Positions 29,533 through 43,541 are shown, counted from the stretch's first letter. The stretch: DNA of 64,000 bases from Candidatus Woykebacteria bacterium (GCA_040876265.1 JBBDPN010000002.1:3954-67953); one strand, 5' to 3'. Numbers and translations are program-made. The notes: generated from the sequence alone by a model not told the origin.

Positions 29533-29777
29533 TTGAGTTAGTCGTCAGTTGTAAGTTGTAAGCAACTTAACAACTAACCCAAAACCGTTTTTCTTACAAC
29601 TTAGAAATTAAATCTTATAACTAAGTCCTGCACCCTGAAAACTGGATAGAAGTATTTTGGATCTGATGTGATCTTAGAGAACGGAGCACTATTGAAACAA
29701 AGATTTCAATAGTAGCGTAGTTCTCGCAGATCGCAACTGATCCTAAGGATCTTTTACGATCTGTTAGTACGGCTTAG

Positions 29778-32660
<2,883 letters not shown>

Positions 32661-32856
32661 CAGATAACAGTTACCAAGACGTTAACTGCTATCTGACCTT
32701 CTATCCAGTTTTTAAGGTACCATCTTAGATCAAAGATATAAGATGTTAGATGTAAGATATCTTAAAGTCTGACATCTTAAATCTGACATCCATACCTTGG
32801 CTTGCCATGAGCAAGACTTCGACGTTGAGCTCAGTCGAACCGCGCAGAGCGTCGAA

Positions 32857-32933
32857 TGGTGGACCTGGCCGGATTCGAACCGGCGACCTCTGCCTTGCAA
32901 AGGCAGCGCTCTAACCAACTGAGCCACAGGCCC
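32857..32933 (-). tRNA. tRNA-Ala (anticodon UGC) in the 16S-23S spacer
   Basis: Reverse complement GGGCCTGTGGCTCAGTTGGTTAGAGCGCTGCCTTTGCAAGGCAGAGGTCGCCGGTTCGAATCCGGCCAGGTCCACCA. G3:U70 present. Anticodon loop is UUUGCAA. Confidence 0.85.
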
Positions 32934-33241
32934 GCGCAAGCACAAGGCGCTATTCTAGCAATATTAAATTTTGGTGTCTAGAGGGAACTTTAGGTTGGAG
33001 GTGAATTACCTACGCTTCTACGAAGTGAGTAAGAAACAAATATAAGTTTTGCGTAAATCACTTGCCTAAAATCCCTCCTGTGAATGATCCTTCGACGCTG
33101 CTCAGGATCACCCCGAGCTTGCCGAAGGGTGAGAATAATTCACTCATCAACCGCAATATAGCACCAATTTGGGCTTCCGTCAAGGTAGAGACAGACCAGT
33201 TAGCACTCTTGAAAAGTGCTTTGCTAATTTTTAGCCCACGC

Positions 33242-33300
33242 TAGTGGTCGCAGCACGCAAGAGTATCTAAATAATGAGTTTCTAACGAAATTATTTAGTT
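33242..33300 (-). promoter_or_regulatory. Hairpin (CTAAATAAT..ATTATTTAG) followed by box TAYTCTTGCG..GCGACCACTA, spacer copy; boxB/boxA-like antitermination candidate
   Basis: The same two-part element recurs at 37357-37435 upstream of 16S. It lies upstream of tRNA-Ala/23S in the sense orientation. Confidence 0.4.
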
Positions 33301-33380
33301 ACGGAGCGGGTTTAGCAACAGCGCAGCACGCGGAGTAGCTGGCTTTGAGCGCTAGCGAAACGGCATAAGCTACGAGCGGG

Positions 33381-33734
33381 CTATCTGTGGCTTTCGTTGA
33401 GGATCTTCCAGTTCCAGTTTCTTTTTTTGTTGGAGCCGATTTTCTTGATGATGGCTTTTTCGAGGTCAATTTTCAATGATCCAGAAAGATGTAGTAATCG
33501 TTGGAGTACGTCGCCAAGCTCTTCTTCAAAACCACCTTTGCCTTTAATTTTTTTGTGGCGATAAGCCTCATAAGCTTCGGAGATTTCGCTGTGAAGCAAG
33601 GCTATCTTTTCCGGCACGCTTATATCTTTCCGACTTGTGCCAAAACCTTTTTCCCGGGCTTGTTCCATAACGAGTTCCGTTAATTGTTTCAGGGTAAGAT
33701 TTTTCACGAAGGTATTATATACCCGTAAATCCAA
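33381..33734 (-). CDS. MazG-like nucleoside triphosphate pyrophosphohydrolase domain protein, encoded inside the rRNA spacer
   Basis: KIALLHSEISEAYEAYR ... EELGDVLQRLLHL matches the MazG/NTP-PPase helix pair with the EExxE/ExxD metal ligands. Same strand as the rRNAs. Confidence 0.55.
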   Translation of the reverse strand: MDLRVYNTFVKNLTLKQLTELVMEQAREKGFGTSRKDISVPEKIALLHSEISEAYEAYRHKKIKGKGGFEEELGDVLQRLLHLSGSLKIDLEKAIIKKIGSNKKRNWNWKILNESHR

Positions 33735-34009
33735 TCGCGAACTTGGTCTGGATCATAAAAACTTCCATTAAGAATAAAATAATGTGTCTTGGGAAATTCA
33801 AGAATAGTGTCATTAATTAATTCAAGCTCGTTTTCTATCGAACCAAAAAAAGATTCGCAGGGTCTTACCCTGTGAGTAAAATGATACCGCCCAAGAGAGT
33901 GTATTTTGATAGTCATATGATTCTCCATGTGAGAAATTTTGGTACCCATAACTATATTATACAAATCTTATCTGACCCATTGAGTTCATCAAAAAAAAAG
34001 GGGGGGGGA

Positions 34010-34384
34010 TTAAAACAAGGTTTCGGGTTTGACCCTGTGTTTAATCAAGCATTCATTGTAAAAAGCGTTTATTTCATCTGGTGTTTTCAACCCACCTTTT
34101 AACTGGATGTAGCTATAATAATCTGTAATGCCACCAACGTTAGGTATCAATTCCGGCTCGTAAATAGCTGCATTCAAGGGTCTGTTGTCAGCAATTTTCG
34201 CTTTTTTTCTAAATTCGCTTATACAGATTTGCCTTACCTCCACTGGTCTCCATTCAAACCAATAGAAACTACCAATCAAAAATAATGTTATTGAGGCTAA
34301 AGATACTGATAAAAAGATGGTCTTAGATTTGTTCATAAATATTTTTGAAAATATGGTGGGCGCGGATGGGATAAACCGCTCCAT
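34010..34384 (-). CDS. Small membrane-anchored hypothetical protein inside the rRNA spacer
   Basis: 124-aa ORF with one N-terminal TM helix (TIFLSVSLASITLFLIGSFYWF). On the same strand as the rRNAs. No recognisable family. Confidence 0.3.
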   Translation of the reverse strand: MERFIPSAPTIFSKIFMNKSKTIFLSVSLASITLFLIGSFYWFEWRPVEVRQICISEFRKKAKIADNRPLNAAIYEPELIPNVGGITDYYSYIQLKGGLKTPDEINAFYNECLIKHRVKPETLF

Positions 34385-34501
34385 AATTCGAAACTTTCAG
34401 TTTCTTAAGTATTCCCGCGTTTTGCGACCACGCTAAGCGTGGGCTACGAACCTGGGACCCCTACATTAGACGCAACTAAAGCTGCTATCTTTTGCGATTC
34501 A

Positions 34502-34577
34502 TGGTGCGCGCGCATGGATTCGAACCATGGACCCCTACATTATCAGTGTAGTGCTCTAACCACTGAGCTACGCGCGC
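34502..34577 (-). tRNA. tRNA-Ile (anticodon GAU) in the 16S-23S spacer
   Basis: Reverse complement GCGCGCGTAGCTCAGTGGTTAGAGCACTACACTGATAATGTAGGGGTCCATGGTTCGAATCCATGCGCGCGCACCA. Anticodon loop is CUGAUAA. Confidence 0.85.
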
Positions 34578-34827
34578 AAAAGTGCACCGCTTCGCGTTTC
34601 GCTTTTTCTTACGCAAAAGTCATAGTTGTGCTCTAACCACTGAGCTATCCGCCCAGATTTTCAAAATACAGATCAACGCTCGTACCACTGACCTGCCTGC
34701 CGGCAGGCAGGGCTACGCGCCCAAATCGAGTTCAAATTCTAGCATAAACGCAAAAACCCCGCAACGTACGGGGTTTTCCAATTAATGTAATCCTTCGATC
34801 ATCTCAGGATTTTGCTTCGCTCAACAA

Positions 34828-34852
34828 CTCAACATGTAGCAAGAACGAACGT
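34828..34852 (-). promoter_or_regulatory. 3' half of the 16S processing stem (pairs with 36640-36662)
   Basis: CAACATGTAGCAAGAAC here is the exact reverse complement of GTTCTTGCTACATGTTG at 36644-36660. This is the classic long-range stem bracketing 16S for RNase III. Confidence 0.6.
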
Positions 34853-34996
34853 CCTTCCACCAAAGTGGTGGGTGACTTAGTCTTGCCGTGAGAGCAAGAC
34901 CATAGAGCCATAAATATCGTAGCTCTGATTGCTCCTTTTGTCTCCCATACTTGGCAACCCTCCGATTTAATCGGAGTTTACCTAAATATAAAAAGA

Positions 34997-36490
<1,494 letters not shown>

Positions 36491-36864
36491 AAGATCGCTC
36501 CGTACTTCCCCACTCTTTGTAAAGGGCGGGTTCGGTACTCTCGCGTTCTGCGCTCTGCAAAGCAGAGCTTAGAAAAGTTGATCAGTTGTTCAGAATTGAC
36601 GTTCTTTTCCTACTTACATTGTCCTTGCGGCAACTGTAAGAAGGGTTCTTGCTACATGTTGAATTGTCCTCCGATTTGATCGGAGAGCAATTTGTTAAAT
36701 TGTCAAAGTGCTTGATTGGTATGTTCTCCAACGAAAAAGAGCTGGCACAAACCGAGCTCTTGCAAAGGGTCCAAATGTGCACTCAAAAATAAGTTTACAT
36801 ACCAATTCTCATTTCCGAACTCATTTTAGTTTAAAAATTATACTCTGTCAAGGGACAGCGGGTA

Positions 36865-37281
36865 TTATTTCGCCAGGTATTTCTTCTTTATCATCTTGGC
36901 CTCGTATTCGATCGATTGCTGGGGAATATTTCGCCGATATTGGTCCAAAAAGAAAGCTACCCAACCGGCGGAAATAAGGACAAAAACCAGCTCAAACGCC
37001 CGCACTCCCAAAAAATCAATTCCCTGCCACCTAAATAAACTAAATATTGCTCCCAGGCTGCCAAGAATCAGTAGCCCAACCGCTAAAGGGCGGAAGATTT
37101 TGTTTTTTGGTGGGTAGTGGCCAACCACAATTCGGTTGTAAACGAGGAACGCTATACCAAGCACGACTATTACAAAGAAGATACCCAGAAGCAATATAAG
37201 TTCGGAGATGGAACCCACACCGGGATTACGTAACCAAAATGCAAATTGTAAAAATGGTATATCTTTGATAGTGTTTAACAT
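36865..37281 (-). CDS. Small polytopic membrane protein (3-4 TM) in the rRNA operon leader
   Basis: 138-aa ORF, strongly hydrophobic throughout. Lies between the upstream hairpin/box element (37357-37435) and 16S. Confidence 0.4.
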   Translation of the reverse strand: MLNTIKDIPFLQFAFWLRNPGVGSISELILLLGIFFVIVVLGIAFLVYNRIVVGHYPPKNKIFRPLAVGLLILGSLGAIFSLFRWQGIDFLGVRAFELVFVLISAGWVAFFLDQYRRNIPQQSIEYEAKMIKKKYLAK

Positions 37282-37356
37282 ATATTGTAGTGGTTAGGTT
37301 ATATATAACCTAAATATATCTTTCTAATGTATTAGATAACTTTCCTTAGCCATTGT

Positions 37357-37435
37357 TAGTGGTCGCGGAGCGCAAGAATACCTAAATCATCGAATTCAAC
37401 CCCGATAAAATCGGGGCCAACGAGATTATTTAGGT
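37357..37435 (-). promoter_or_regulatory. Hairpin + box element, leader copy (hairpin loop carries CCCCGATAAAATCGGGG)
   Basis: TAGTGGTCGCGGAGCGCAAGAATACCTAAATCAT...GAGATTATTTAGGTA matches the copy at 33242-33300. Confidence 0.4.
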
Positions 37436-38613
37436 ATGACGCGATCTATAGTCGCTCCACCAATAACTCTATCACCTTGGTAAAAAACTGCCGCTTGTCC
37501 CGGGGTGATCGCCCTTTCGGTCTGTTCTAACGCCACTTCTACTTCACCACTAGCCCCTTTGTGCAACTGCGCTGGAACATTTTGGGCACGGTAGCGCATC
37601 TTTACCTCTACTTTAACTGGATATTTAGGCTCCTGTCCTTGTACCCAACTAAGATCGGTTGCAGCGAATTTATCCTTGAAAAGCGCTAGGTGTCCAAAAG
37701 GCGCTACGATCAATTTATTAGTCTTTGTATCCTTACCTGCCACGTAAAAAGGTACGGAGGCAGATACACCTAGACCCTCACGCTGACCAATAGTGTAGAA
37801 GGCTAGCCCTATGTGTTTGCCTAGCACTTCTCCCTCGATACTGACAATATCACCGTGCTTTTTATTTATTTGTTGCAGTAAAAATTCTCTTATCCGTGCG
37901 GGGCCGACAAAACAAATCCCAGTACTGTCGGGTTTGCTAGCCGTGGGGAGATTAAACTTTTTGGCCAGTTGCCTGACCTTCTTCTTTGTAAGATCCCCCA
38001 GCGGAAAAATCGTTTGGGAAAGTTGTGCCTGGCCCAATAGGTAAAGGAAATAGGATTGATCCTTTGCACGATCAAATCCTGCGAGCAGTTGGTACTGCTC
38101 TAAGGATTGATCCTTGTCTTTATCGATTCCAGTCGCCAGTGACCCGTTGCCAGAATTCTGATCCCTAGTCTCTGGTGTCTGGTATCTGACGCGTGCATAG
38201 TGTCCAGTCGCTATGTAGTCAAACCCCAGCTCCAAGGCTTTTTCTAGAAACAGGCCAAATTTAATTTCCTTGTTACACATTACGTCCGGATTGGGGGTAC
38301 GACCAGCTTCGTATTCCTTATAAAAATAGTCTATAACCGTGTCGCGGTACTTCCTTTCAAAATCAAAGACGTGAAATGGGATTTCTAGCGTTGCTGCTAC
38401 TTTAGCAGCGTCTGCTTGATCCACTTCGGCGCTGCAATATGGTCCTTCGCTCCAGCAGCGCATGTACGCTCCCTCCACAGCGTAACCAGCCTTTTTCAGC
38501 AATGCAGCCGCCACAGAGCTATCCACCCCACCGCTCAAAGCTACAAGGACACGCTTCTTACTTGTGTCTTTGTGTTTATATGAAGTTCTGATTTGCCCAT
38601 TCAGTCTTGTCAT
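37426..38613 (-). CDS. mnmA: tRNA-specific 2-thiouridylase MnmA
   Basis: PP-loop VLVALSGGVDSSVAA. Conserved catalytic Cys region. Length 395 aa. Confidence 0.9.
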   Translation of the reverse strand: MTRLNGQIRTSYKHKDTSKKRVLVALSGGVDSSVAAALLKKAGYAVEGAYMRCWSEGPYCSAEVDQADAAKVAATLEIPFHVFDFERKYRDTVIDYFYKEYEAGRTPNPDVMCNKEIKFGLFLEKALELGFDYIATGHYARVRYQTPETRDQNSGNGSLATGIDKDKDQSLEQYQLLAGFDRAKDQSYFLYLLGQAQLSQTIFPLGDLTKKKVRQLAKKFNLPTASKPDSTGICFVGPARIREFLLQQINKKHGDIVSIEGEVLGKHIGLAFYTIGQREGLGVSASVPFYVAGKDTKTNKLIVAPFGHLALFKDKFAATDLSWVQGQEPKYPVKVEVKMRYRAQNVPAQLHKGASGEVEVALEQTERAITPGQAAVFYQGDRVIGGATIDRVIPK

Positions 38614-38710
38614 AAGTGACTAGTTTCTAGAGACTAGAGACCAGAAACTGATCAAGTTTAACAAAAATTAGGCCTAGAATCTAGTTGCCAGAGACTAGAG
38701 ACCAGATACT

Positions 38711-39091
38711 ATGCTAAAATATTTGACCATGAAAGAGAATAAGGGCTACAGAAATTTAAAAGCTTGGCAAAGAGCAAGTGAACTCGCGCACAAAATTTAC
38801 GATGTCACGGATAAATTCCCGCGATCAGAACTTTTTGCTCTAACCTCGCAAATGAGGCGGGCATCAGTATCAGTTCCTGCGAATATTGCAGAAGGTTACA
38901 GTAGGAAAAGTATCAAAGAAAAAAGACATTTTTATACTATTTCACTTTCTTCCTTAACAGAACTTGAATTCTACATTGATTTTACCTTCGAGAGGAAATA
39001 TTACAACCAATCCACTTACGCTAGCCTTACGGATTTGCAAACCGAAACCGCTAAGATATTAACCGGTCTGATAAATTCTTTCAGACGCTAA
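38711..39091 (+). CDS. Four-helix-bundle protein of the 23S rRNA intervening-sequence / DGR Avd family
   Basis: RASVSVPANIAEGYSRKS...FYTISLSSLTELEFYI matches the family core (S.P.NIAEG..R....F..ia.GSl.El..). Length 126 aa. Flanked by short direct and inverted AGAGACCAG repeats. Confidence 0.75.
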   Translation: MLKYLTMKENKGYRNLKAWQRASELAHKIYDVTDKFPRSELFALTSQMRRASVSVPANIAEGYSRKSIKEKRHFYTISLSSLTELEFYIDFTFERKYYNQSTYASLTDLQTETAKILTGLINSFRR

Positions 39092-39135
39092 TTGCTGGTC
39101 CCTGGAAGCTGGTCTCTAATTGCTAGCCCTTCGGG

Positions 39136-41439
39136 CTACGGCGCAACTTCACGGTAGATCACGTTTGTATCACCGGCAATATCCTGGAAAAGCCACAAGT
39201 ATTTGGGTTCGTAATTAACGACCTCAGCAGCCTGGTTAAGATTATCAGAGTCTAGATCTCTTTCAAATTTTAATGTCCCACCGCCAAACCCACCTACCAC
39301 CGCACCGTTTATCACCAACTGCTCCTCATTCCCGCCAGTACCATTAGAATCAAAATCGCCGTCAAAGATAAAGAAACCGTCCACCTCATCTACATCCGCG
39401 TCAATAATCAAATTGCCATTCACAATAAATATTATCCCCGTACCCGCTGCAATTTCCATGTTTTCCCGTATATTCATATCTCCTTTTACAAATACTACTG
39501 CTGGCAAACCATCATACCCCACCGTATTCCAAGAGGCGGCATTTATTGTCAAACTACCGCCTGAGAATTCGACAATCCTGCAATTAGCCGTGACTTTAGG
39601 TTTGATGTCTGTAGGTGCCACACCGCTAAATGATCCGCAGACATCGTATTTTGCTCTGAGGACGTCATAGATAGAGCCGCTGACTGGTTCCAAACCGCCG
39701 TAATCGTTTATCTTCCACTTTGCCACAAAGTTACCGTCAATTAGTGTGCTATCTTGTTGAATGACCAAATACTCTGCGTTAAACTCTCCTGCTCCAGCCG
39801 ATGGACTATCAAGATTTCTGGCGATCGGCCCTATTGGCCCGATAGAACCTACGTCTCCCTCCGTAGTCTTCAGCCACGGCTTCGCCGGGTTTTCTATAAC
39901 AATACTACCTTCTGGAATAGGAACGTTAGACTGGCCAAACATTAAGATAGCGCATGGTGTTAACTCAATGTTTGGCGTTATTACTCCATCACCATTCGAA
40001 TCACAATCTACATCCAGATCCCAGGTAGAAGCTATTCGAGCGTCATCAACCGGAAAGGTGTTTCCACTTTCCGTGATACATTTGCCAAAAGTTTCGTTTG
40101 TGCCGGTCGCCTCACAAAATACAGTTTTACTTGCTTGGTGGATTTGGGCTTTAAATGAGATACAAACGTTAATATCTGAACCAATTTCACTTACAGTAAT
40201 CAGAAATCCTTTATTACCGACCAAGGATTTTTTTGTATTCGGCCACGGACTTTTAGACGGGTCCAAACAGTTATAAACTTGAATATCAGCTGCAGAAGTA
40301 GCGACTATCTTTTCGAAAACATTGGGATTTACCGTATCTAATACCTGATATGAAGCAGTAGACTTTATTTCATTTGCTATCTCTTGGTAAATTTGGTTCA
40401 GCTTTGTCGGATCATCCCCAAAGTAATAGTGGTCTGGGTTATCAAGATCATTTATTGACGAGCTATTGCTGGTGTTCCAAACCATTATACAATTATCGGC
40501 TGGGTCGGGCCTTTGCTGGTCTGTTCTACAAGCAATATCCTTCAGGATCATCTCGCCGCTTGTTTGGCTGCCAGGGATATTAGGAATATCCGGACAACCA
40601 ACACAATCACTATTTATATTTTTTGTGTCATTGATTTCGTTACTTATACCAACCGTAAATATCACAATCCCATTGTCTATCGCTGTTTGTAGGATATTGT
40701 TTTGGTACGGACTGGGAGGTTCGTTTTGTACCCCATCGGAAGCTAGTACAATGTATTTATTTACGTTATCGCGAGAAGTGCTTGGAGTTGGGCTGCTGGG
40801 GGGAGGCAAAGGTGGTGGGTTTACTAAGTTTAACAATTCTTTATTAGCCAGGTCTAAACCTGAACCTATAGGTGTGTTGGTTTCAGTAACCATAGAATCA
40901 ATGGTGTTTTTTATAGCTGTCTTATTTGCTACCGTCATATTAGTTATAGGAAAGTTAAGTCTTGCACAAACACTGGCAACAAAACAGTTACCCCCAATGG
41001 TGCCTTTTAATTCTGAAAATGTAACCAGCCCGGTGTAATCTCCAGGATCAGTTAGCCCTCCATCCTCTTTCGTGTTGTCCACAAAAAGTTTCAATGCATT
41101 TTTTGCTGCAACCAGCCTAGTAGCACCAGCTGGAGGAGGGAAGGGGCTATTCATACTACCAGATTGGTCCATCACCAACATCGTATCTGCCGGGTCTCTT
41201 AACTCCTCGTTACAGCCAGGCAGTTTGATAGTTATTTCCACTATATCTCCGGGCTCTATGTCTTGCCCTATCGGTATAGATCCGACATCTTTCGTGAGCG
41301 TTGGTGAGCAACCGCCACTACCGCCTTGGGCAGACGTCCCGGTACTGTTTGTTAGGAAAAAAATTACAAGAGAGGCAAAAATAAATAATATCGTTAGCAG
41401 AAAAATTCTTAGTGTCAGCAATTTCTTTAAATTACCCAT
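39136..41439 (-). CDS. Large secreted protein with N-terminal signal peptide, von Willebrand factor A domain and C-terminal beta-helix-like region
   Basis: Signal/TM MGNLKKLLTLRIFLLTILFIFASLVIF. vWA MIDAS motif LVMDQSGSM. Thr/Gly/Asn-rich repeats downstream. Confidence 0.5.
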   Translation of the reverse strand: MGNLKKLLTLRIFLLTILFIFASLVIFFLTNSTGTSAQGGSGGCSPTLTKDVGSIPIGQDIEPGDIVEITIKLPGCNEELRDPADTMLVMDQSGSMNSPFPPPAGATRLVAAKNALKLFVDNTKEDGGLTDPGDYTGLVTFSELKGTIGGNCFVASVCARLNFPITNMTVANKTAIKNTIDSMVTETNTPIGSGLDLANKELLNLVNPPPLPPPSSPTPSTSRDNVNKYIVLASDGVQNEPPSPYQNNILQTAIDNGIVIFTVGISNEINDTKNINSDCVGCPDIPNIPGSQTSGEMILKDIACRTDQQRPDPADNCIMVWNTSNSSSINDLDNPDHYYFGDDPTKLNQIYQEIANEIKSTASYQVLDTVNPNVFEKIVATSAADIQVYNCLDPSKSPWPNTKKSLVGNKGFLITVSEIGSDINVCISFKAQIHQASKTVFCEATGTNETFGKCITESGNTFPVDDARIASTWDLDVDCDSNGDGVITPNIELTPCAILMFGQSNVPIPEGSIVIENPAKPWLKTTEGDVGSIGPIGPIARNLDSPSAGAGEFNAEYLVIQQDSTLIDGNFVAKWKINDYGGLEPVSGSIYDVLRAKYDVCGSFSGVAPTDIKPKVTANCRIVEFSGGSLTINAASWNTVGYDGLPAVVFVKGDMNIRENMEIAAGTGIIFIVNGNLIIDADVDEVDGFFIFDGDFDSNGTGGNEEQLVINGAVVGGFGGGTLKFERDLDSDNLNQAAEVVNYEPKYLWLFQDIAGDTNVIYREVAP

Positions 41440-41442
41440 AAA

Positions 41443-42189
41443 CTAATCCCACTCTCCTTCTTCAGTGGTCAAGCCAGAGTTCTTTAAGCCTTCAAAGCCG
41501 TCTTTTACCACGTAGATCTTGCCTTGATTTTTGTAATTCACTCTACCAGATTGCCCATTCTGCCAAATATCATCTGCAGCTCCTTTTGCTAAATCGTACC
41601 CATGCTGGCCTGAATAAACTACCACCACCACGTCCTCAATCGGATAAAATTCATCCTCTGCTCTGTTTGCCGGTAGACTCCCGGAACCTCTAAGGTGTTC
41701 CTTGGCGTAATCGTCACGGCTGCGGACATCCAGCAAATATATTTTTGCCGTTGGCCATACTGCCAAACCACCTTCCTGGAGTTCCTTGATTTTTGCGCCT
41801 TGCTCCAGCCTCAGCTGCCAAGCGCTTACCACTCGTACTGGCCGAAAGAAAAAATCATAAGCGAAATACCCCACCACGAGAGCTGCTATGATCACTACTA
41901 TCCCAACAGCCAATGCTTTTGGTGATTTTATCTTGAATGATTTGAGGCTCAGGTTAAATGTAAATGTTGGAAGTGCAGGTTTCTTCTGATTAGAAGCGGC
42001 GGGCTTGGCCTCGGTTGTTTTTTCTGATTTTTCCTCCGGAGCCTTTATCGTCGGCAGCCCAAGTGATTTAAAGTACTTGAGAAGGGCTGGGAGGGTAAAG
42101 GCAAGTGCGATGACCACCGCCAGAGCAGCTACGATAATTAATACTGTCGGATCATTTTGTAAATTCTCTAAAAAGCTTTCCACTTGCAC
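41443..42189 (-). CDS. Membrane protein with C-terminal rhodanese-like domain
   Basis: N-terminal TM helix plus a Lys/Pro-rich linker. C-terminal ~100 aa rhodanese fold (YLLDVRSRDDYAKEHLRGSGSLP). A 4-nt gap separates it from the vWA gene. Confidence 0.45.
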   Translation of the reverse strand: MQVESFLENLQNDPTVLIIVAALAVVIALAFTLPALLKYFKSLGLPTIKAPEEKSEKTTEAKPAASNQKKPALPTFTFNLSLKSFKIKSPKALAVGIVVIIAALVVGYFAYDFFFRPVRVVSAWQLRLEQGAKIKELQEGGLAVWPTAKIYLLDVRSRDDYAKEHLRGSGSLPANRAEDEFYPIEDVVVVVYSGQHGYDLAKGAADDIWQNGQSGRVNYKNQGKIYVVKDGFEGLKNSGLTTEEGEWD

Positions 42190-42434
42190 TCTTTCGTTGC
42201 AAACCTAAAGAGCGCTCCCCGAAGCCTCGTGCGAAGGGGAGGCAGGCAACCAGCGGCAATAAATACTAATAACCGCTTTAAGTTCAATTATATTCGTGGC
42301 CACTCATCTGTGTCAACTCGTTCAGATAAAATCCGAATGTCAAAGCACAGCATCGTGCTAATTTGAAATTTTCAATTTACAATTTTCAGTGAATTTTCAA
42401 TGTTTTAAAATTTAAATTTGAATGAAAATTAAGA

Positions 42435-42474
42435 AATAAAAATTGAAATTTCTAGCCATCTTGATGGCTAGAAT
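42435..42474 (-). terminator. Rho-independent terminator (11-bp stem TTCTAGCCATC/GATGGCTAGAA followed by a U-run on the minus strand)
   Basis: Hairpin read directly. Overlaps the stop of the 42468..43052 gene. Followed on the minus strand by AUUUCAAUUUUUAUUU. Confidence 0.6.
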
Positions 42475-43052
42475 GTGGCTAATCCGAAGAAACTAAAGAT
42501 GAAATAGATAATGGTGATGGTCAAGAAAGTGCCGATGGTAATTTCGGTAATATCGTGCGCCTTTAGGTAAAACCGTGACCAAGCCACCAGAGGTAAAAGT
42601 AGGACCAAATAAAAGAGCTCCACCGATACAGCTAGTATCGCAGTGATCACCATTACCGTAACAAGCTCCATGTGAACTGAAATTTTGAAAGTAGAAGCTA
42701 AAAGTAAGTTAACCACGCCCAAAGCGAGAAATACCAACCCTAGAGCTACTATCAACCGCGGTGCCTCGAAGTAAAAAGCCGCTAGAGAAGCTACCGATGC
42801 CAGTAAAACCCAAGCGATATACGCGTTTCTTCTCTCTGCTCCCTTTGGTGACCAAAGTGAGGAAACCTTTCCTTTTTTATATTGGTAGTAAAGTACTGCG
42901 GCCGGCAGTGCCGCCACGAAAAAGGTAACTATCGCCAAAAGTACTTTTGCTGAAACTGAAATTTGCTGAACGGAAATGGCCAAGATAGCGGTAACAAAAG
43001 CAGTAAAAACCGGATTGAATATCTTTGTTACCGCAGCGGCAAAGAGGTGCAT
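42468..43052 (-). CDS. Polytopic membrane protein (about 6 TM), unknown function
   Basis: 194 aa, hydrophobic throughout. Preceded by repeat copy A. Confidence 0.45.
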   Translation of the reverse strand: MHLFAAAVTKIFNPVFTAFVTAILAISVQQISVSAKVLLAIVTFFVAALPAAVLYYQYKKGKVSSLWSPKGAERRNAYIAWVLLASVASLAAFYFEAPRLIVALGLVFLALGVVNLLLASTFKISVHMELVTVMVITAILAVSVELFYLVLLLPLVAWSRFYLKAHDITEITIGTFLTITIIYFIFSFFGLATF

Positions 43053-43072
43053 GACCCAATTTTATCATATCC

Positions 43073-43252
43073 GCCTTACGAGCACAGCCGTCTTGGACTG
43101 GCAAAAATGCGAAGAGGAAACGGAAACTGAACCTGAGCTTGTCGAAGGTGAATTTCCGAGGAAGTCCCGAGTATGTTTGCCTCAGTTCAAAGGCTAGCGC
43201 AGTCGGCGGCCGCTTTGGTGCCACCTTTGCGGCCAAAGGTGGCAAAGAAAAT
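43073..43252. repeat. ~180-nt repeat element, copy A (conserved 55-nt block + variable middle + CCACCTTTGCGGCCAAAGGTGG hairpin)
   Basis: Near-identical 55-mer GAGGAAACGGAAACTGAACCTGAGCTTGTCGAAGGTGAATTTCCGAGGAAGTCCC and terminal hairpin are shared with 46093-46270. Confidence 0.7.
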
Positions 43253-43262
43253 TACTCTTAGA

Positions 43263-43541
43263 TTAATATCTGACTTCAAAGCCGCGAAACTCGCTGGTTG
43301 CTTTTTCCCAGCTGGTTTCGACCCTTTCTACTTTTGCAAAAGATGGTCCTTGTTTCACCCACTGGACCAACTGCGCGAGTTTCTCTTTTTCTCCCTCGGC
43401 CACTATTTGCACGCTACCATCGGAAGCATTCATCACCCAGCCGCGCAGGTCTAGATCTTGGGCTGTTTCAACCGTCCGAAAACGAAAACCCACCCCATGC
43501 ACGTCTCCTATTACTTTGATCGAGATTCGCATTTGATCCAT
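43263..43541 (-). CDS. acyP: Acylphosphatase
   Basis: VIGDVHGVGFRF (VxGxVQGVxFR motif). Length 92 aa. Confidence 0.8.
   Translation of the reverse strand: MDQMRISIKVIGDVHGVGFRFRTVETAQDLDLRGWVMNASDGSVQIVAEGEKEKLAQLVQWVKQGPSFAKVERVETSWEKATSEFRGFEVRY

Noticed and set aside
33704-33964. 86-aa ORF overlapping the MazG-like gene by 31 nt inside the rRNA spacer
   Set aside because: No recognisable features, and it overlaps a better-supported gene. It is kept out of the feature list but may be real, since it follows the C9T9 tract and a plausible start.
43140-43175. GAGGAAGTCCC in the ~180-nt repeat resembling the RNase P RNA P4 strand GAGGAAAGUCCGGGCUCC
   Set aside because: Only ~10 nt match. No complementary P4 3' strand (ACAGAACCCGGCUUA-like) or other RNase P blocks were found nearby.
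42877-43245. 122-aa ORF and the 87-aa ORF at 46041..46304, both containing PPLAAKV
   Set aside because: The shared peptide is simply the translation of the CCACCTTTGC.GCCAAAGGTGG hairpin of the ~180-nt repeat. The rest is not conserved in frame between copies, so these are noncoding repeat sequence.
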